Virus record (IMG/VR): IMGVR_UViG_3300045980_000027
Span: 1 to 28,130 of that record
Source of the DNA: a virus
Lineage: Duplodnaviria; Caudoviricetes
Strand: one strand, 5' to 3'
DNA length: 28,130 nt
The notes beneath the pieces are model-generated. The model was given only the letters and a program-made list of their open reading frames with translations. It did no database searches and was not told the DNA's origin. How positions within the stretch are numbered: the stretch's first letter is position 1; each line of letters opens with the position of its first letter. The position numbers and the translations under genes are program-made. Positions 7,501 through 16,793 of this stretch are shown in pieces.

Positions 7501-7947
7501 ATGAGAAAGATCGCGGCCGCAACAGCCGCCGTGCTCGCCGCACTCACCCTCACCGCATGCGGCACCGACGACGCCCCCGTCCAGGCCCCGACACCCTCCA
7601 TGACCGTCGGACCCGCCACACCCACACCCAGCGAGACCGCAGAGAGCGCGCGCGAACCGTCTGTGACGCCCGGACCCGTGCAAGTCACCCCACAGGACGA
7701 CGACGCTCCAGCGGATCCCACCGAAGGGATGACCGCCGAAGAGCGGTACATCTACTACGCCGACCAGTCGCTCCAGGCATGGGGCGTAGACCTCACCGAC
7801 GAGGAGCTACTGTCCGCCGGGCTCTACGTCTGCGAGCAGTTGGCCGCGGAAGTCGTGCGCGGAGACATCGTCGCGCTGGAAGGCGCGGAGATGCTCATCA
7901 ACGAAGGCGTCGTGCTCAACGCTGACGAATACCTCTGCGGGGCCTAG
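7501..7947 (+). CDS. Lipoprotein, DUF732-like C-terminal domain, antisense to the tail genes
   Basis: Signal peptide and lipobox LTAC; Pro/Thr linker; GLYVCEQL...ADEYLC two-Cys domain. Confidence 0.8.
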   Translation: MRKIAAATAAVLAALTLTACGTDDAPVQAPTPSMTVGPATPTPSETAESAREPSVTPGPVQVTPQDDDAPADPTEGMTAEERYIYYADQSLQAWGVDLTDEELLSAGLYVCEQLAAEVVRGDIVALEGAEMLINEGVVLNADEYLCGA

Positions 7948-8138
7948 GTCGCGGTGACGACGAGCGCGCCGTCTTCGAGTCGAGCGATGTCGGGGATGCC
8001 GTTCGGATAGCGCAGTTCGACTTCGCCGTGCTCTTCGCATGCGGCGATGATGCGAGCGCGCAGCTGCTCGTCGTGCAGCTCGGGGTCCGCCCCGGGAGGA
8101 GCGATGTCGACATCGATCACATGCATGATGGCTCTCAT
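7944..8138 (-). CDS. Small hypothetical protein (64 aa)
   Basis: ATGA overlap with the M23 tail gene stop; MRAIMHVIDVDIAPPGADPELHDEQLRARII... Confidence 0.55.
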   Translation of the reverse strand: MRAIMHVIDVDIAPPGADPELHDEQLRARIIAACEEHGEVELRYPNGIPDIARLEDGALVVTAT

Positions 8139-9379
8139 TCTGGCCCGTACGCGGCCATGAAGCTGCGCGGATTGATATGCGTGCCGTAGGTGGTTCCCAC
8201 CCACGTCTCGAAGTGCAGGTGCGCGCCGTAGCTGTTTCCGGTGTTCCCGACGTAGCCGATGATCTGGCCCTTCGTCACCGGGGCACCGACGCCTACTGCG
8301 CTCGGAGTGACCATGTGCGCGTACAGCGTGGATAGCATCCGGCCGCCGACGTTATGCGTCAGGCGCACGTAGTTTCCCCAGCCTGCCGAGTATGTGTTAA
8401 CAGCTACCACGCCATCGCCGGCGGCGATGATCGGAGCGCCCGCGACAGCGGGCGCTAGGCCGAAGTCGATGCCCTCGTGGATCCGTCCCCATCGGGGCCC
8501 GTATTCGCTCGTGACCGTGCTATTCGGGTTGAACGGCCATTGGAAGTTTCCGAGATCCTCACCCGGCTCAGGATCGCCGCCTCCGCCCACGCCCGCCGAT
8601 CGATAGACCTTCCCGTCGACGCCAATCACCAGGTACTGCGCATCGGTGCTTGTAGGCAGCTCGGGAACCTGCGTGAGCGTCAGATCATCCGGTCGCAACA
8701 GAATCGCTCGCCCGTTGGGCCCCATGAGCTGGACGAGGTTGTCGCGGATCGTGGCGACGTTAGCCCCGTTGCCGGAGACGAGCTCCACCTGCCCACCCGT
8801 CGCGGAGAAGATCTCCGCACCGTTGTCGAACCGGACGGCACCGCCGCCCCGCGTGGGGTCGATGGTGAGACTGCCAGCGCGGACGCGGCCCGTGTCGCCC
8901 TCGATGACGACTCGCGCCGCGCCGACGCCGACGGTGACCCTGCCACCAGACCCGGGCGTGATGATCACGTTGCCGACCTTGATGCGGCCACCACCGAGGA
9001 CCTCGAAGTCTCCGGTGAGGTCAACATCACCGGCGATGTCGCCGTCACCGTTGAATTCCCACTCGCCGTTCTGCGTCCACTTCCCCTCAGCGACCACGTC
9101 GCCCGTGATCGCCCCGTTGCCAGAGAACCGCCAGTCCCCGGTGACGTTGAGGAGACCGCGGATCGTGACCGGGCCGGTGATGTTCGTGGTGCCCTCAACC
9201 TGCAGGAATCCGACGATCTCCACACGGCCACCAGAGTCCACGCGGAGGGTGCCGCCAATGAAGCGCATGCGACCGGAGGTGATCGAGGAGTTGCCGAGCT
9301 GCGCGCCGGACTCGAGACGCTCGATCCGGCGGACGATCTGCTGGATCCACCCCCACGCGTCCTTGAGGTTACGCAGCAC
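8135..9379 (-). CDS. Minor tail protein with beta-repeat shaft and C-terminal M23 peptidase
   Basis: IVRRIERLE N-terminal helix, Gly-rich beta repeats, HEGIDF / YAHM / GNTGNSYGAHLHFE M23 motifs. Confidence 0.88.
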   Translation of the reverse strand: MLRNLKDAWGWIQQIVRRIERLESGAQLGNSSITSGRMRFIGGTLRVDSGGRVEIVGFLQVEGTTNITGPVTIRGLLNVTGDWRFSGNGAITGDVVAEGKWTQNGEWEFNGDGDIAGDVDLTGDFEVLGGGRIKVGNVIITPGSGGRVTVGVGAARVVIEGDTGRVRAGSLTIDPTRGGGAVRFDNGAEIFSATGGQVELVSGNGANVATIRDNLVQLMGPNGRAILLRPDDLTLTQVPELPTSTDAQYLVIGVDGKVYRSAGVGGGGDPEPGEDLGNFQWPFNPNSTVTSEYGPRWGRIHEGIDFGLAPAVAGAPIIAAGDGVVAVNTYSAGWGNYVRLTHNVGGRMLSTLYAHMVTPSAVGVGAPVTKGQIIGYVGNTGNSYGAHLHFETWVGTTYGTHINPRSFMAAYGPE

Positions 9380-10430
9380 GCTGCACCTCCACCTCGATCG
9401 CGTTGGACGTGACGTTGCCTCGGGATGAGATCACCCGGAGTTCGTGCGTCCCGTCGGGGATGATGACGTCTCCCTTGGAGTAGATCGCCCATCCGCGGCC
9501 GGGTAGAGCATGCTCGGACGACCATTCCTCGCTGATGAGGAACCGTCCCACCGACCACTGAACGAGCGGGTCTTGATCCTCCGCGAGGCCCGCGTTAGTG
9601 GCCTGCTGGAGGCGGGTGCCGACGAGGTCGGGGTAGGCCTTCTTCGTGTCACGGATGATGATGTCCTGACCAGTGGTAGACCCCGCCCACGCGACCTTCT
9701 GGTCCTGTTCCATCCCGTCGCCGAGGCCCTGCACGCCGGTGACCTCGATCGACCCATCGACGGTGTACGAGATGTGGTCGATAGGGAGCTCTGCGGCTTG
9801 CAGCATGAACGTCGTCCGCCCCAGCCGGATCCGAGACGACACGATCGTCTCGAAGCGGATCTGGTTGCCGGCCTTCCGGGGCCGGAAGTAGATTTCGTAC
9901 CCTTCCTCCTCGATCTGCTGGAGGAGGTCGGAGATGCGCAGCTTGCGCCAGAACTCCCACGTCTGTGAGATCAGTCCCGCCGTGTCGGCGGGAAGGTCGA
10001 TTGGGAGCGCCCATTCGGATGACCACTGCATCGCTCGGGCGAGGATCGCGCGCACTGCTCCAGCCGCGGACTTCGCGACGATCGACAGGGTGCCCTGCTC
10101 GTAGACGTTCACCCCGTAGGTGAGCCGCCACAGCATCTCTGCCCGGATCTCCACCGTGGAGACCGCGAGGTTCTGCGCGTCGCGGTCGTACGCCCAGGAC
10201 TCGATCTTCCCGGCGTACTCGACGACATCACCCCACAAGACAGCGAGCCCACGAGCATTCGGCCGGAACGTGGCCGCAACGTTCGTCAGTGGGTGCTCGG
10301 CGTCGTCGGTCTTGAATGTCGCCGTCGACGACCCCTCACCCTTCAGCCCGGTCTCCCAGGGGTGGTCGTAGGGCCTGACTCTGCGGATCAGGTTCCCGGT
10401 GCGCATGTCGAACAGCCACGTCTGATGCAC
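9369..10430 (-). CDS. Minor tail/baseplate hub protein (353 aa)
   Basis: GTG start (VHQTWLFD) after GAGGAG RBS; position after Dit. Confidence 0.75.
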   Translation of the reverse strand: MHQTWLFDMRTGNLIRRVRPYDHPWETGLKGEGSSTATFKTDDAEHPLTNVAATFRPNARGLAVLWGDVVEYAGKIESWAYDRDAQNLAVSTVEIRAEMLWRLTYGVNVYEQGTLSIVAKSAAGAVRAILARAMQWSSEWALPIDLPADTAGLISQTWEFWRKLRISDLLQQIEEEGYEIYFRPRKAGNQIRFETIVSSRIRLGRTTFMLQAAELPIDHISYTVDGSIEVTGVQGLGDGMEQDQKVAWAGSTTGQDIIIRDTKKAYPDLVGTRLQQATNAGLAEDQDPLVQWSVGRFLISEEWSSEHALPGRGWAIYSKGDVIIPDGTHELRVISSRGNVTSNAIEVEVQRAA

Positions 10431-10441
10431 GATGACTCCTC

Positions 10442-11203
10442 TCAGACGTAGGTGGTGGGCAGCAGCAGCCGTCCGCCTGAGGGCAGCGTGTGCGCCCATG
10501 AGCCGCCGACGGGCACCGCCCAGAGGTCGCCGATGATGGTTGCGGTGTCGGTGATGTCGACGCCGTTGCGCGTGAGCCGGCCTGTGCGCATGTCGAACCG
10601 GTGCGTTCCGCCGGCGGGCGCACCAGACACCTGCAGGGTCCCGCCTGGGCTCGACGCGGTCCACGACACCGGAGCGCCCGGGATCTCGATCACCGGATGC
10701 GCCGGGAAGTTCCCGAACTGGTGCGCGGGCTCCCCGCCCGCGAATTGCTCGACCGTTCCGTACTTCCGGGGGTCCGCGAACACGAGCTGCAGTTGCCCCG
10801 ACGATCGCAGCCAGCGCCGCCACCTGACGCCCTGGTCCTCGGCCACGCCGATCAGGCGTCGGCCGGTGGCGTGAAGCGTCTGCTCCTGATGGTCGACCGT
10901 GACGAGCGTGCGGCCGCCGTCGGCTCCCACTCCGGTGAGGATCTGGGAGAACGAGCGCAGTCTCCCGAGGGTGCTCGCGATGATCCACACGTCGATCGTC
11001 ACGACGCGGGCGCCGAGGTAGGTGGGCACATCATGCTCGCCGTGCTCCACCGCCCGCGCGACCTGCTCTCGCCGGGCGTCAGAGATACCCTCCCACCCCT
11101 GGAAGCCATGCGGCTTGATGAAGATTCCGTCGGGCTGCTCGGGGGTCGGGCAGCCACGGATGACTGCCCGACCCGCCCGGATCTCGGTGATTCCCTGCAT
11201 CAC
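10442..11203 (-). CDS. Distal tail protein (Dit-like)
   Basis: Immediately after tape measure; GFQGW..., GARVVTI, LVFADPRKY motifs typical of actinophage Dit. Confidence 0.8.
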   Translation of the reverse strand: MMQGITEIRAGRAVIRGCPTPEQPDGIFIKPHGFQGWEGISDARREQVARAVEHGEHDVPTYLGARVVTIDVWIIASTLGRLRSFSQILTGVGADGGRTLVTVDHQEQTLHATGRRLIGVAEDQGVRWRRWLRSSGQLQLVFADPRKYGTVEQFAGGEPAHQFGNFPAHPVIEIPGAPVSWTASSPGGTLQVSGAPAGGTHRFDMRTGRLTRNGVDITDTATIIGDLWAVPVGGSWAHTLPSGGRLLLPTTYV

Positions 11204-14200
11204 ACCCCCACTCGACGCGCGGCCGACGCCAACTGCTGACCCGCCGAGGTGATCACCACCTCGGGATCCATATGATCCATCTGGAATGTCTGCTGCACGG
11301 TGACCCCACCAGCACCCGCGGGAGGTGGCGGACCGTTGCCGGCGCCCGGCAGGCGGCGGGACGAGGTGACCGCTGTGCTGACCTCGGTGGAGACGGTGCC
11401 CATCGCGCTCTGCGCGCGCTTGGACGCCTTCTTCGCCATGGTGACCAGGGAGTCCGCGAACGCGCGTTCCTCGTCTTCCACGCCGCCGACGGCGCCTTCG
11501 ACGAGGTTCACTCCCGCGCCGCGCATCAGGCGCGACGGGGACTGGATCCCGAAGAAGGACGTGAACCCGTCCCAGGCCGAGGAGGCGAGGTCGCCGATCA
11601 TGTCGCCGAGGTTGCCGATCATCGAGCCGAGCCCGTCGATCAGGCCCTGCACGATGTCCTTACCCAGCTGCGCCCAGTCGATGTCTGCGAGGCCGTTCCA
11701 GATCGCATCGACGATCTGGGGCAGCATCTCCAGGATCTGCGGGATCGCGGAGATCAGCCCGGTGATCAGTGCGATCACCAGGGTCACGCCTGCCTCGATC
11801 AACTGCGGCAGCATCGTGATCAGACCGGCGACGAGCTGGATCACCATCTGCACCGCGGCGACGATCAGATCCGGGAGAGCGCCCAACAGCCCCGTCACGA
11901 GGGACAGCAGCAGTTGGATGCCCGCCTGGATCAGCATCGGCAGGTTCTCGATGAGCGCGCCCAGCAGCCCGGTGATCAGCTGCAGAGCCGCCTCCAGCAG
12001 CATCGGCAGCGCGCCGATGAGACCGGTCACCAGCGCCAGCAGGAGCTGGATGCCGCCCTGGATGATCACCGGCAGCAGGTTCACGATCGCGGTCAGCAGA
12101 CCGGTCACCAGCTGCACGGCGCCCTGCACGAGCATCGGCAGCGCGAGCACGATTCCCTGGATGAGGGTCATGACGAGCTTGATCGCCGCGAGCACGATTA
12201 TCGGCAGGTTCGCCACCAGCCCGGCGACGAGACCGTCGACCAGGGCGAGCGCCCCGTCGACGAGCATCGGCACCGCGGTGACCAGCCCGAGGACGAACTC
12301 ACCCACGATCGTCGTCGCAGCCGCAAGCAGCTGCGGCACTGCCGAGAGGATCCCGTCGACGATGCCCGGTACGGCGGCCGTGACCGCGTCGATCACGCCC
12401 GGCAGCGCCGAGGTGATCCGCCCGATGATGTCGGAGATCCCGGACGCCAGAGCGTCCGCGTCCCCACCGGTGGCGAAGAATGCCGCCAGCGCGGCTGCCG
12501 CGATCCCCAACGGCCCGCCCAGGGCGGCGAGAGGGCCGGTGAGTCCGCCGAGCATCCCGCCCAGCAGCGGGATCCGGGTGAGCAGCGCCGCCAGCCCGCC
12601 CGAGCCGAGCGCGGCCAGGCCGGCGGCGACGGGTGCGAGAACGCCGGACAGGCCGGAGAAGCTCTCTGCCAGGCCGGATGTGCCGTCCCCGATGGAGTTG
12701 AGGAGGTTCGTGAGCCAGTCCATCGCCGGGCCGACCACGCGCAGCAGCACGCCGCCGAAAGCCTTGGCCTTCTCCTCGACGGGACCGAGCGCGTTCGTCG
12801 CTGCCGCGATGAGTGGGCCGATCTTGGAGTAGACGCCCTCGAGCGCGTTCGCGCCGATGCGGCCCATCGCGGCGAGGAAGTTCTTCGCCGCGCCGGGGAC
12901 GGTCTTGCCCATCTCTTCCGCGACGGTGCCGGCTGCCTTCTCGGCGGCCGCGGAGAACGTCTCGAAGTCGATCTTGCCCTCGGAGGCCATCTTGAAGACC
13001 TCGCCGGCGGTGACGCCGAGCTGGTCCGCGAGCGCCTGGTAGATCGGGATGCCCCGATCCGCGAGCTGGCTGATGACGTCGTTCTGGACGCCGTTGGCCT
13101 GGGTCGCGGCCCGATTGAAGATGGAGCCCATCTCCTCCATCGACAGGCCCGCCGCGGAGGCGTTGTTCGCGATCCGCTTCAGGTGCGTCTGGAGCTGCTG
13201 TCCAGGGCGGATGTTCGCCGCGACGGCGGAAGCGGCGACGGTCGCAGCCTCGCCGAGCCCGAAGCTCGTCCCCTTCACCGAGGCGAGCGCATCGCCCATG
13301 ATCGCCTTGACGTCGTCAGCACTGTTGCCGAGTCCGGTCAGCTTCGCCCGGGCGGTGTCAATGGCCGTGAGACGGCCAACGCCCTTCGCGAACGCGACAC
13401 CGATACCGGCCGCCGCCGCGGTGACGCCCGCTGTCGCGGCGGACTTGATCCCCGATCCGAGCGCAGACCCGATGCTCGACGCAGCCGCCCCGACCGTCCG
13501 GGCCAGCCCCGCCAGCGCGGTGCCCGCCGAGGACGCCATCCCAGCCAGGCCGCGGCCGAACGTCGACGTCATTAGCGACGCGCCCCGGCCGGCGATCGGC
13601 CCGAGCTTCGCGAACAGTCCCGACACCTGCGTGGTGACCGGACGCATCCACGTCGCTACCGACGAGCCGAGACGACGGAACGGGGAGAACGCGAGCGTCG
13701 CGGCCGCGGACACGTACTGCGCCATCGGGGCGAAAGCGCCCCTGACTGTGGAGCCGATGCCGCCCAGCCACGACCGGGTACGACCCCAAGCCTTCGCGAG
13801 GCCGCCGCCGACCATCGTCGCCAGCGACGTGAACGCCTTCGACGCCTGCAGGGCGCCCATCCGGGCCAGCCGGCCCAGCGCGCTCAGGCCGCTGACATCG
13901 GACACGGCGCGCAGCACGCCGCCGATGGACCCGGCCATCCCGGTGAACGCCGACGTCGCCGCGCGCGCGTCAGTCCACCCGGCATGCAGGTTCTGCGCCA
14001 TCAGCCGCAGACCGCCGGCCGATGCCGTGGTCTGGGTGGTGATCTGCCGGGCCGCTTCCGCGGCGGCATCCTGCGCGGCCCTCAGCCGGCTCGTCGCCGC
14101 GGTGACTGCGTCGATCGCGGTCTGCTGCTTGCGCCGGGCGGACTCCAGCCGCTCCTCCGCGGCCACGGCCTGCGAAGACCCCTCCCCGGACTTCTCGACC

Positions 14201-14532
14201 GCTTCCCGCAGCCGGGTCTCCGCGACCCGCACACGGCCGGCCTCGTCCTGCTGACGCAGACGCGCCTTCGACAGCGCCGCCGACGCGGACGCCACCTTGC
14301 CGTTCAGCTTCCCCAGCGCCGCCGCGCCGAGGTCGCCCGCGGAAGTCGTCAGGGACTGCTTCATGTCGCGGCCGAGGGTGCGACCGGTCCTGCGGCCCAC
14401 GCCCTTGAAGCCACCCTCGACGCCCTTCGCGCCGGCGACACCCGCCCCGCGCGCCTCCTTCACAACGGCGCTGCGGAACCCGGGCATCGTCGGGAAGATG
14501 CTGAAGTGACCGGCACCGACCTCGGAGGACAT
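11200..14532 (-). CDS. Tape measure protein (alternative GTG start at 14538)
   Basis: About 1110 aa Ala/Gly-rich; tape-measure N-domain (AKLTGLG...ASVKGTSFGLGEAA), amphipathic LP.LI..G.QL repeats, FGIQSPSRLM. Confidence 0.95.
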   Translation of the reverse strand: MSSEVGAGHFSIFPTMPGFRSAVVKEARGAGVAGAKGVEGGFKGVGRRTGRTLGRDMKQSLTTSAGDLGAAALGKLNGKVASASAALSKARLRQQDEAGRVRVAETRLREAVEKSGEGSSQAVAAEERLESARRKQQTAIDAVTAATSRLRAAQDAAAEAARQITTQTTASAGGLRLMAQNLHAGWTDARAATSAFTGMAGSIGGVLRAVSDVSGLSALGRLARMGALQASKAFTSLATMVGGGLAKAWGRTRSWLGGIGSTVRGAFAPMAQYVSAAATLAFSPFRRLGSSVATWMRPVTTQVSGLFAKLGPIAGRGASLMTSTFGRGLAGMASSAGTALAGLARTVGAAASSIGSALGSGIKSAATAGVTAAAAGIGVAFAKGVGRLTAIDTARAKLTGLGNSADDVKAIMGDALASVKGTSFGLGEAATVAASAVAANIRPGQQLQTHLKRIANNASAAGLSMEEMGSIFNRAATQANGVQNDVISQLADRGIPIYQALADQLGVTAGEVFKMASEGKIDFETFSAAAEKAAGTVAEEMGKTVPGAAKNFLAAMGRIGANALEGVYSKIGPLIAAATNALGPVEEKAKAFGGVLLRVVGPAMDWLTNLLNSIGDGTSGLAESFSGLSGVLAPVAAGLAALGSGGLAALLTRIPLLGGMLGGLTGPLAALGGPLGIAAAALAAFFATGGDADALASGISDIIGRITSALPGVIDAVTAAVPGIVDGILSAVPQLLAAATTIVGEFVLGLVTAVPMLVDGALALVDGLVAGLVANLPIIVLAAIKLVMTLIQGIVLALPMLVQGAVQLVTGLLTAIVNLLPVIIQGGIQLLLALVTGLIGALPMLLEAALQLITGLLGALIENLPMLIQAGIQLLLSLVTGLLGALPDLIVAAVQMVIQLVAGLITMLPQLIEAGVTLVIALITGLISAIPQILEMLPQIVDAIWNGLADIDWAQLGKDIVQGLIDGLGSMIGNLGDMIGDLASSAWDGFTSFFGIQSPSRLMRGAGVNLVEGAVGGVEDEERAFADSLVTMAKKASKRAQSAMGTVSTEVSTAVTSSRRLPGAGNGPPPPAGAGGVTVQQTFQMDHMDPEVVITSAGQQLASAARRVGV

Positions 14533-14543
14533 GGCCACCCCCT

Positions 14544-14903
14544 CTACTGGAAGACGATCTCGTCCTCAAGCGCCGCATCGGCTGCGGCGATCTCATCAGG
14601 CGTCGCCTGCGGCCGGTCCTGATTCAGCGCCCACGGCATCACGCGCCGCGACGCACGCTCGTCGCCGATCTGCGCGACCAAGCCCAGCAGCGCCGGCATG
14701 GTCGCGGGGTACGCCCACCCGGCCAGCTCCGCGCCCATCCATGTGCCGCCGTCTCCGGCGGCCTGCTCGATGAGGATCTTCGCCTCACCCCACAGCAGGG
14801 CGCCGCCCAGGTCCGAGAGCCCGACCCCGAACGTCTCGCGCAGCGTGCGCGCGGCCGCAGTGCGGTGCTCCCGGATGGTCTGGGCGACGCTCAGGATTCC
14901 GGG
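14544..14903 (-). CDS. Tail assembly chaperone, frameshifted (GT) C-terminal extension
   Basis: -1 frame is open from the end of the TAC ORF: GILSVAQTIREHRTAAARTLRETFGVGLSDLGGALLWGEA...EDEIVFQ. Confidence 0.75.
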   Translation of the reverse strand, partial: PGILSVAQTIREHRTAAARTLRETFGVGLSDLGGALLWGEAKILIEQAAGDGGTWMGAELAGWAYPATMPALLGLVAQIGDERASRRVMPWALNQDRPQATPDEIAAADAALEDEIVFQ

Positions 14904-15271
14904 AACGCCGCCTGCTGCACCTTGCCGAGCGTGCGGAAGTACTTCTCCGCCATGATCGCCGTCTCGATCAGGTCGTGCGCGGTGAACTTCGCCGCCGCCT
15001 CGTCACCACCGAGGGTGCGCAGGATCGCCTTGAACTGATCCACCGGCGTCGGATAGTCCGCCTGCAGCTCGTCGACATCGTCGAGACTGAGGGTGAGGGG
15101 CACCTCGACGATGTCACCGTCAGCGAAGCGGCCGATGAAGCGACGCTCCACGACGATGTGCCTCACATCGGGCACGGCGGCGAGGATCGCCTTCGCCTCG
15201 TCCTCCTCCGTCCAGTTGTCGAAGTCGTACTCGGGAGCCGCCGGAGCGGTCTTAGTCGTGCGTGCAGCCAT
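14891..15271 (-). CDS. Tail assembly chaperone (G) (126 aa)
   Basis: GAAGGAGG RBS; between major tail and tape measure; ends at C-CCG-GAA-TCC-TGA. Confidence 0.8.
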   Translation of the reverse strand: MAARTTKTAPAAPEYDFDNWTEEDEAKAILAAVPDVRHIVVERRFIGRFADGDIVEVPLTLSLDDVDELQADYPTPVDQFKAILRTLGGDEAAAKFTAHDLIETAIMAEKYFRTLGKVQQAAFPES

Positions 15272-15323
15272 GATGGCCTCCTTCATCGGGGTTCTCGGGT
15301 TGTCGGGTTCGGGAGTGAAGGCT

Positions 15324-15352
15324 GGCCGGGGCGACCCGATAGCGCCCCGGCC
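15324..15352 (-). terminator. Stem-loop after the major tail gene
   Basis: GGCCGGGGCG-N9-CGCCCCGGCC perfect 10-bp stem. Confidence 0.5.
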
Positions 15353-15372
15353 GGCCGGTCAGATGGGAACGG

Positions 15373-15999
15373 TCAGTCGTCCGTCGCGCCGGCGAGGGTC
15401 GTCTGCGTCGTGAATCGCGCCGACGCGCCCCCCACGCCGCCGGCGGGCGGGACGAGCCAGTCACGGAAGAAACCGCCGATGGTGTCGTCGTAGATCCACT
15501 CGAACGTCGTCGATCGGCCGTTCACCTCGCCACGGGTCTCCTGATCAAACTCGATCTCCGAGATCCGCGCGAAACCGTTGCGGCGCCTGGACCACCCGTT
15601 CTTGTACTTCGTCGCCACGAACAGCGGGAACGTGCTGTCCGGGGTGAGGCCGTCCACGACGATCATCCCGTTCGCGTCCGGCGTCTTCCCGGTCGTGAGG
15701 CGGCGCACGATCTCATCGAACTGCGCCAGGTTGATCTGGATGGTCATCGTCGAGTCCCCAGCGAGCTTGTAGCCCGACTGGAAGAACTCGATCGCCTCAC
15801 CGGCCTCGCCACCCTCCTGCGGGCCACCGTCGACCTTGAACAGGCCGACCTTCTGATACCCGCTGGGCAGGGCAAGGGGGGTCTCCGCTCCGTCCGTGCT
15901 CGACACGAACGTCGGACCGCCCGTGAGCTGCACGGCCGCGAACCCGGTGATCGGGACGCCAACCGCGCCGATGTCGTTGCCTTCGGCGTCTGCCGCCAT
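15373..15999 (-). CDS. Major tail (tube) protein
   Basis: MAADAEGNDIGAVGVPITG..., GLFKVDGGP; size and position. Confidence 0.85.
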   Translation of the reverse strand: MAADAEGNDIGAVGVPITGFAAVQLTGGPTFVSSTDGAETPLALPSGYQKVGLFKVDGGPQEGGEAGEAIEFFQSGYKLAGDSTMTIQINLAQFDEIVRRLTTGKTPDANGMIVVDGLTPDSTFPLFVATKYKNGWSRRRNGFARISEIEFDQETRGEVNGRSTTFEWIYDDTIGGFFRDWLVPPAGGVGGASARFTTQTTLAGATDD

Positions 16000-16019
16000 T
16001 TCTCCTCCTTCAAGAGAAA

Positions 16020-16043
16020 AGGACCACCCGGCCGGATGGTCCT
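16020..16043 (-). terminator. Intrinsic-terminator-like hairpin before the major tail gene
   Basis: Minus strand AGGACCATCCGGCCGGGTGGTCCT followed by TTTCTCTT. Confidence 0.5.
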
Positions 16044-16063
16044 CATGGGTGGGTTGGCGTCGG

Positions 16064-16486
16064 TCACCAGGTGCCGACGACCGTGTACTGCGCCGTCATG
16101 TAGCGGCGCGCCACGTCGAGGGGATCGTCCACGGGGTACGGGCCGTTGAACCCGTCCCACTCCACGGACGCGATGGGGCTGCCGGGGGCGTCGACGATCG
16201 CGTCGTCCATCAGCACCGCGAGCAGCCAGCGGGCGAGGTCGTTGACCGGCTTCGCGTTCAGCTTGGATCCGCCCAGCACCGTCGCGCCGACCGACCGGTC
16301 GAACGTGGGGTAATCCCGGCGTGCACCGGAGTCATCGCGGATGACGATCAGGGGCCGGGCGAGCGGCAACTGCAGCGCTTGGGGCTCCTTGTTGCCCACC
16401 GTGAGCGCGTGGCCGTCCGATGCGGCGCAAGAGCGCACGTACCCAGTGAGCCAGTGCTCCAGATCCGGCGGGGTGACCCTAGCCAC
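16064..16486 (-). CDS. Tail terminator protein
   Basis: PPDLE.WL, LIVIRDDSG; position just before major tail. Confidence 0.75.
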   Translation of the reverse strand: MARVTPPDLEHWLTGYVRSCAASDGHALTVGNKEPQALQLPLARPLIVIRDDSGARRDYPTFDRSVGATVLGGSKLNAKPVNDLARWLLAVLMDDAIVDAPGSPIASVEWDGFNGPYPVDDPLDVARRYMTAQYTVVGTW

Positions 16487-16778
16487 GGCGGGTGAGGGAC
16501 TTCAGGGCGCGGGCGAGGATCCCGAGCCGCGACTCGATGAGCAGCGTCTTCCGGTCCCGGCCCACCACGCGCCACACGGTGCGGTACCGCGACTCGCGGC
16601 GCTCCAGCCGCAGCCCCCGCTTGTAGTCGCCAGTGAGCTCCGGCGCGGATCCTCGGGCGGCGTCGAGGCCGCTCTCGGCGATCTGCCGGGTTGCCTCGAC
16701 CACCTTCGGGCGCCGGAGGATCCCTTCGAGGGTGGCGTCGTTGAACTCGATGTCCATCTCGCCGCTGCGCCTGACCAT
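16479..16778 (-). CDS. HK97 gp10-like tail completion/neck protein
   Basis: AP.LTGDYKRGL and LLIESRLGILARAL motifs. Confidence 0.75.
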   Translation of the reverse strand: MVRRSGEMDIEFNDATLEGILRRPKVVEATRQIAESGLDAARGSAPELTGDYKRGLRLERRESRYRTVWRVVGRDRKTLLIESRLGILARALKSLTRRG

Positions 16779-16793
16779 TCCTCTGTCCTCTCC

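Noticed and set aside
11272-14254. Long plus-strand ORFs (767, 510, 401 aa) opposite the tape measure, and similar antisense or alternate-frame ORFs throughout
   Set aside because: Shadow ORFs expected in high-GC DNA; they fully overlap well-supported minus-strand genes and lack RBS or motifs.
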